Origin: a virus
Taxonomy: Duplodnaviria; Heunggongvirae; Uroviricota; Caudoviricetes
DNA: 4,757 nt
Direction: 5' to 3' (one strand)
IMG/VR virus record: IMGVR_UViG_2529292985_000017
Span: 1-4,757 of that record
Shown: positions 1 through 4,757 of the stretch, in pieces
Numbering within the stretch: position 1 is the stretch's first letter
Layout of the letters: every line of letters begins with the position of its first letter
The notes under the pieces: model-generated
Databases searched by the model: none
Told to the model about the DNA's origin: nothing
Seen by the model: the letters and a program-made list of their open reading frames with translations, nothing else
Position numbers and translations under genes: made by a program

Positions 1-863
1 TACTGTCACCGCTGGAAGAAGCGCTTCAGGATTATGTGCTGACTGACGGTAAGCTCCATGCTGATGACACGCCTGTCCCGGTGCTGTTGCCAGGCAATAA
101 GAAAACGAAGACCGGGCGGTTATGGACCTACGTTCGTGACGACCGTAACGCCGGGTCAACGCTGGCGCCGGCGGTGTGGTTCGCTTACAGCCCGGACAGA
201 AAAGGCATCCATCCGCAGACCCATCTTGCGGGGTTCAGTGGTGTACTGCAGGCGGATGCATACGCCGGGTTCAACGAGCTGTACCGGGATGGCCGGATAA
301 CGGAAGCCGCCTGTTGGGCTCACGCCCGCCGTAAAATCCACGATGTGCACGTTCGCACCCCGTCAGCCCTGACGGAGGAAGCGCTGAAACGGATCGGCGA
401 ACTGTACGCCATCGAGGCAGAGATAAGGGGAATGACGGCGGAGCAGCGCCTTGCCGAACGTCAGTTGAAAACGAAACCGCTGCTGAAATCCCTGGAAAGC
501 TGGCTGCGTGAAAAGATGAAAACCCTGTCGCGACACTCAGAACTGGCGAAAGCGTTCGCATACGCCCTGAACCAGTGGCCGGCGCTGACGTACTATGCAG
601 ATGATGGCCGGGCTGAGGCGGACAATAACATCGCTGAAAATGCGTTGCGGATGGTCAGTCTGGGCCGCAAAAACTACCTGTTCTTCGGTTCGGATCATGG
701 AGGAGAGCGGGGAGCGCTGCTGTACAGCCTGATCGGGACGTGCAAACTGAACGGAGTGGAGCCAGAAAGCTACCTCCGCTATGTCCTTGACGTCATAGCC
801 GACTGGCCGATAAACCGGGTCGGCGAACTGCTCCCCTGGCGCGTAGCACTGCCGACTGAATAA
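1..863 (+). CDS. tnpC: IS66-family transposase TnpC (orf3), C-terminal ~287 aa; 5' end outside window
   Basis: Frame is open from position 3 ([26 protein letters not shown]...) to TAA at 861-863. The translation has the hallmarks of IS66 TnpC as I recall them ([24 protein letters not shown]). The track ORF 36..863 is only the first in-frame GTG within a frame that is open to the window edge. Confidence 0.9.
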   Translation, partial: LSPLEEALQDYVLTDGKLHADDTPVPVLLPGNKKTKTGRLWTYVRDDRNAGSTLAPAVWFAYSPDRKGIHPQTHLAGFSGVLQADAYAGFNELYRDGRITEAACWAHARRKIHDVHVRTPSALTEEALKRIGELYAIEAEIRGMTAEQRLAERQLKTKPLLKSLESWLREKMKTLSRHSELAKAFAYALNQWPALTYYADDGRAEADNNIAENALRMVSLGRKNYLFFGSDHGGERGALLYSLIGTCKLNGVEPESYLRYVLDVIADWPINRVGELLPWRVALPTE

Positions 864-868
864 CACAT

Positions 869-900
869 CCCCGTCAATACGGTTCTTGCTGCACGCTTAC
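869..900. repeat. IS66-family right terminal inverted repeat (copy A)
   Basis: Reverse complement of 869-900 matches the first ~30 nt at 4433-4464 at about 22 of 30 positions by hand alignment, including the shared GTAAGCGT start. The inner boundary is approximate. Confidence 0.6.
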
Positions 901-1086
901 AGATTAGCCCCCGTTCTGTTGTCAGGTTTTACCTCTCAACGTGCGGGGGTTTTCTCTTTCCAGCAACCAATGCCACCAGGGATAAAGCCCCCGCAACATT
1001 GCGCCTCACCGGATAATTCCGGCTTGGTGTGGATACTACGACTCAATTCATCTTCACTTCATCCCTGAAATGTTTGCAATGAAGAG

Positions 1087-2154
<1,068 letters not shown>

Positions 2155-2159
2155 ACGCT

Positions 2160-2633
2160 ATGGGTACGGTGACGTTTGACTGTCGGATGTTTGTCAGTCT
2201 GTACCCGGAGTTTTCCACGGTGACACCGGAGCTACTGACGGCGGTGTTTAACCGGGCGACCGCGTTGTACCTGGATAACACGGACGACAGTCCGGTTACC
2301 GACCTGAAGGAGCGGGAACAGCTTCTGTTCCTGCTGGTTGCGCATCTGTGCGCATTGCGGGGGCTGGGAAACGGGAGAGACGGGCAGGCTGGTCTGGTGG
2401 GGCGTATCACCAGTGCGTCGGAAGGTTCTGTATCGGTATCGGTATCGGTATCGGTATCGGTGGATAATAGCGGCAGTAATGATGCGTCGTGGTGGTATCT
2501 CCAGACCCCCTGGGGTGCTGACTACTGGCAGGCGACAGCGCCATACCGCTCAATGCAGTATCATTCCGGGGGGGCACCTTCGCGATATCCGGGGCATTAT
2601 TACCGGGGATACGGGAGGGGGCGTCGATGGTAA
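2160..2633 (+). CDS. DUF4054-like phage head-tail connector/neck protein
   Basis: 157 codons, with AGGAG about 10 nt upstream of the ATG. The N-terminal half ([21 protein letters not shown]...[12 protein letters not shown]) and the GSVSVS...WYLQTPWG region fit my recollection of the DUF4054 family. The stop overlaps the next start (ATGGTAA). Contains the (SV)n repeat. Confidence 0.7.
   Translation: MGTVTFDCRMFVSLYPEFSTVTPELLTAVFNRATALYLDNTDDSPVTDLKEREQLLFLLVAHLCALRGLGNGRDGQAGLVGRITSASEGSVSVSVSVSVSVDNSGSNDASWWYLQTPWGADYWQATAPYRSMQYHSGGAPSRYPGHYYRGYGRGRRW
2430..2461. repeat. Perfect hexanucleotide tandem repeat (GTATCG)x5 plus partial unit, in-frame within the CDS 2160..2633
   Basis: Direct reading: gtatcg at 2430, 2436, 2442, 2448 and 2454, then gtg. 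It encodes [10 protein letters not shown] in the annotated frame; the overlapping frames read (YR)n and, on the reverse strand, (IP)n. Confidence 0.95.
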
Positions 2634-3211
2634 ATAAAGTCACAGGTGGCAAACAGTTCCGGCAGAAGCTGAAACAGGTTGCCGCGAACCTTTCATTGGG
2701 TAAAAAACTCAAAGTGGGTTTTCTTGAGGGAGCAACTTACCCTGACGGTACGTCAGTGGCTTATATTGCCGCAGTTCAGGAGTTTGGTGGAAGAGCGGTC
2801 ATACCCGCCCGTGAGCAGACGCTCCACTTTCGCTATAACGAAAAAACGGGAGAAACCGGGCACCGCTTTGTCAAAGCCGGTAAAGGGAATTTTGTTCAGG
2901 ATGTGGTTATTCCTGAGCACACGGTCACCATTCCCCCCCGTCCGTTCTTCCGTAAGATGATCGAACATAAAAGTCCCGAATGGGGCGAAAAAATGGCGAC
3001 CTTATTACGGGCGAATGATTTTGATACTGCGACCGCTCTGGTGTGTATGGGAGAACATATCAAAGGGCAGTTGCAGATGTCTGTTCGCGACTGGGAAAGT
3101 CCGTCCAACGCTGCATCCACTGCCCGGCAAAAGGGTTTTAACAACCCGCTTATTGAAACCGGACATATGATGGACAGCGTTGATTATTCTGTAGACGGGG
3201 GCAAAAAATGA
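2627..3211 (+). CDS. HK97 gp10-like phage head-tail joining / virion morphogenesis protein
   Basis: 194 codons; GGAGGG about 7 nt upstream. The motifs [10 protein letters not shown] and IPPRPFF resemble the conserved EfGT and RPF(L) motifs I associate with the HK97 gp10 family. Start overlaps the upstream stop and the stop overlaps the next start (ATGA at 3208-3211). Confidence 0.7.
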   Translation: MVNKVTGGKQFRQKLKQVAANLSLGKKLKVGFLEGATYPDGTSVAYIAAVQEFGGRAVIPAREQTLHFRYNEKTGETGHRFVKAGKGNFVQDVVIPEHTVTIPPRPFFRKMIEHKSPEWGEKMATLLRANDFDTATALVCMGEHIKGQLQMSVRDWESPSNAASTARQKGFNNPLIETGHMMDSVDYSVDGGKK

Positions 3212-3573
3212 ACTTTCACGGTATTGTTTCCGGCGCAGTACGTCGGGTAAATCCCTTTACAGACGCGCTGGTTTATCGTTCCCGCGGGAGTACACAGCAG
3301 GCAGATTATTCCCGCGTACCTGAGTATGAAGATCCGGTTTCCGTCAGGGGGCAAAAGCAGGCTGTCACCCAGGCTGATTTACGTCATCTTGATAATCTTA
3401 ACCAGCAGGGAGTTTTCGCCACATTGTATACCGATGGTAACTGGTGCGGGCTTAACCGTGCCCGGCAACAGGGAGGCGATAAATTTGTTATTGGCGATGA
3501 AACGTGGCTGGTGATTGAGGTACTGGAAATCTGGCCTGACTGGACGAGGGTTATTGTATGCCTTCAGGTGTGA
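3208..3573 (+). CDS. Phage neck/head-tail module protein, unknown function
   Basis: 121 codons, translationally coupled to neighbours on both sides (ATGA overlap upstream, 16-nt overlap downstream). Position in the neck-gene run supports coding. I recognise no family. Confidence 0.7.
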   Translation: MNFHGIVSGAVRRVNPFTDALVYRSRGSTQQADYSRVPEYEDPVSVRGQKQAVTQADLRHLDNLNQQGVFATLYTDGNWCGLNRARQQGGDKFVIGDETWLVIEVLEIWPDWTRVIVCLQV

Positions 3574-4103
3574 CCCTCTCCGTTACGGAAAGCGCTCTTT
3601 ATCAGGCCCTCGGTGATTATCACCGGGGGCTTTTTTCTGATGCCGGGATTGAACGAACGCAGCAGAACCAGGTCCCGATGCCTCAGGGGAATTTCATCAC
3701 CATGACGGGCATTGATGTTACCGGATTATCCACTGCGGTAGTGGCATATTCTGCGCCAGCGCAGGCTGGTGAGGGCTCTCAGCATATCACCCGTACCACA
3801 AAATGGCGTTGCCAGCTTGATTTCTACGGCCCTCACGCGGCAGATAACGCTCAGGTGCTGGCAACGCTTTTCCGGTCTGAATTTTCCGTACGGCTTTTCC
3901 GGCAGGGCGGTGGGCTGATTTCCCCGCTGTATTGCTCAGAGCCCTTTAACACCACATTCCCCAACGGTCAGCAACAGTATGAACCGCGCTGGACGCTTGA
4001 TATTCAGATGCAGATTAACCCTGTGGTCACAACTTCCCTGATGTTTTTTGACAACGTGATCACCCGGACAACGGAGGCTGATAATGCCAATTCCACTCAG
4101 TAA
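3558..4103 (+). CDS. Phage neck protein, possibly tail-completion/terminator-like, unknown family
   Basis: 181 codons; GAGGG about 7 nt upstream. It sits immediately before the sheath-like gene, the usual position of a tail terminator or completion protein. The functional label is positional inference only. Confidence 0.65.
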   Translation: MPSGVTLSVTESALYQALGDYHRGLFSDAGIERTQQNQVPMPQGNFITMTGIDVTGLSTAVVAYSAPAQAGEGSQHITRTTKWRCQLDFYGPHAADNAQVLATLFRSEFSVRLFRQGGGLISPLYCSEPFNTTFPNGQQQYEPRWTLDIQMQINPVVTTSLMFFDNVITRTTEADNANSTQ

Positions 4104-4449
4104 AGATGTACAGATAAATCCCGGTGTGCTGGCTGTGGCGGGTAATGCCGTCGATCTTAACGGCCTGCTGTTGACCAGTAATCCGTTACTTCCGGTCGGC
4201 ACTGTGGTTCCGTTTTCCTCTCCGGATGATGTGGCCGCGTATTTTGGTGCATTATCCGATGAGTACGCACGCGCTCAGCTTTATTTCCAGGGCTTCAAAA
4301 ATGCCACCAGGACGCCGGGGCAATTGTTGTTTTCCCGTTTCAGTCCTGCCCCATCGGCGGCCTGGTTACGTAGCGGTTCGTTTAAGGGCGCGACTGTTGA
4401 ACAGCTACAAAAACTTTCCGGCACGCTGATGCGTAAGCGTACAGCCTGA
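4084..4449 (+). pseudogene. DUF3383-type phage structural (tail-sheath-like) protein, N-terminal ~116 aa only; interrupted by IS66-family insertion at 4432/4433
   Basis: GGAGG 6 nt upstream of ATG 4084. The N-terminus (...VVPFSSPDDVAAYFGALSDEYARAQLYFQGF...PGQLLFSRF) fits my recollection of the DUF3383 N-terminal region; full-length members are several hundred residues. The last codons and the TGA stop (4447-4449) lie inside the IS66 left inverted repeat. Confidence 0.7.
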
Positions 4450-4464
4450 ACCGTCTGGTCAGAA
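4433..4464. repeat. IS66-family left terminal inverted repeat (copy B)
   Basis: Imperfect inverted match to 869-900 (see copy A). The inner boundary is approximate. Confidence 0.6.
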
Positions 4465-4524
4465 TCTGACGAATTAGACAAAGTGGTGTCCACCAAATAA
4501 GTAGTGGGAACCAAAGTGTCAGAT

Positions 4525-4757
4525 ATGCAGAAAAATGTGAATCCCGGCAGGCGAAAAGGCTGCCCTAATTATCCTCCCGAATTTAAACAGCAGCTCGTTG
4601 CTGCCTCCTGTGAACCCGGGATATCCATCTCAAAACTTGCTCTTGAAAATGGCATTAACGCCAATCTGTTGTTCAAATGGCGACAACAATGGCGCGAGGG
4701 AAAGCTGCTATTACCTTCTTCAGAGAGCCCCCAGCTACTTCCTGTGACTCTCGATGC
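4525..4757 (+). CDS. tnpA: IS66-family accessory protein TnpA (orf1), N-terminal 77 aa; 3' end outside window
   Basis: Translation MQKNVNPGRRKGCPNYPPEFKQQLVAASCEPGISISKLALENGINANLLFKWRQQWREGKLL... is the helix-turn-helix N-terminal protein typical of IS66 orf1. In-frame TAA at 4498-4500; alternative starts GTG 4504 and GTG 4516; ATG 4525 chosen. The frame is open to the window end. Confidence 0.85.
   Translation, partial: MQKNVNPGRRKGCPNYPPEFKQQLVAASCEPGISISKLALENGINANLLFKWRQQWREGKLLLPSSESPQLLPVTLD

Larger units (their letters stand above)
1..900 (+). mobile_element. IS66-family insertion sequence, copy A, 3' portion (left part lies upstream of the window)
   Basis: Carries the transposase 3' end, followed 37 bp later by a terminus ...GCACGCTTAC (891-900). 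The reverse complement of 869-900, GTAAGCGTGCAGCAAGAACCGT..., is an imperfect match to the left end seen at 4433 (GTAAGCGTACAGCCTGAACCGT...). Both begin with GTAAGCG, as expected for IS66-family inverted repeats. Confidence 0.85.
4433..4757 (+). mobile_element. IS66-family insertion sequence, copy B, 5' portion (left inverted repeat plus start of tnpA); continues beyond window
   Basis: Begins GTAAGCGTACAGCCTGAACCGTCTGG at 4433, about 90 bp before the tnpA start, which is the usual IS66-family arrangement. Same orientation as copy A. Confidence 0.85.

Noticed and set aside
58-866. ORFs 58..300(+), 156..350(-), 271..561(-), 537..866(-) overlapping the IS66 transposase gene
   Set aside because: They are shadow frames inside a confidently identified transposase CDS. 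Their translations are Arg/Cys/Pro-rich with no recognisable domain, as expected for off-frame reading of GC-rich coding DNA.
886-1068. ORF 886..1068(+), 60 aa, in the spacer between the IS ends
   Set aside because: It starts inside the IS66 terminal repeat with a non-ATG start, has no ribosome-binding site, and its translation is low-complexity. More likely non-coding remnant DNA.
2430-2461. Possibility that the short tandem repeat is a CRISPR array or other spacer-repeat structure
   Set aside because: The units are 6 bp, contiguous with no spacers, and lie in-frame within a coding sequence. This is a simple sequence repeat, not a CRISPR array.
3326-4514. ORFs 3326..3514(+), 3936..4202(-), 4226..4429(+), 4281..4514(-)
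   Set aside because: They are embedded in or antisense to better-supported phage genes or span the IS66 junction, with no ribosome-binding site or recognisable protein features.

Overview
This window is an IS-riddled fragment of a defective tailed-prophage morphogenesis region, most likely from an enterobacterial genome. I do not see a defence system, toxin-antitoxin pair, CRISPR array or RNA gene that I can support from sequence. Layout: (1) 1-900 is the 3' part of an IS66-family element, with the C-terminal 287 codons of its transposase (TnpC) and a terminal inverted repeat ending ...GCACGCTTAC at 900. (2) 901-1086 is a 186-bp orphan spacer. (3) 1087 to about 1810 (minus strand) is the right half of an IS911-like IS3-family element, with an intact right inverted repeat and an OrfB reading frame carrying the DDE motifs, but no orfA or left end. 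(4) About 1811-4432 is a tightly packed, same-strand run of phage head-tail joining (neck) genes with overlapping start/stop codons: a DUF4054-like protein, an HK97 gp10-like protein, two uncharacterised neck proteins, and the N-terminus of a DUF3383-type sheath-like protein. (5) At 4433 a second IS66-family element begins (left inverted repeat GTAAGCGTACAGCC..., then the tnpA start), cutting the sheath-like gene after about 116 codons. The most unusual sequence-level feature is a perfect (GTATCG)5 hexanucleotide repeat encoding (Ser-Val)n inside the DUF4054-like gene. All family assignments are from reading the translated ORFs and from recall; no database search was run. The candidates for genuinely uncharacterised biology are the two small neck proteins at 3208-3573 and 3558-4103.
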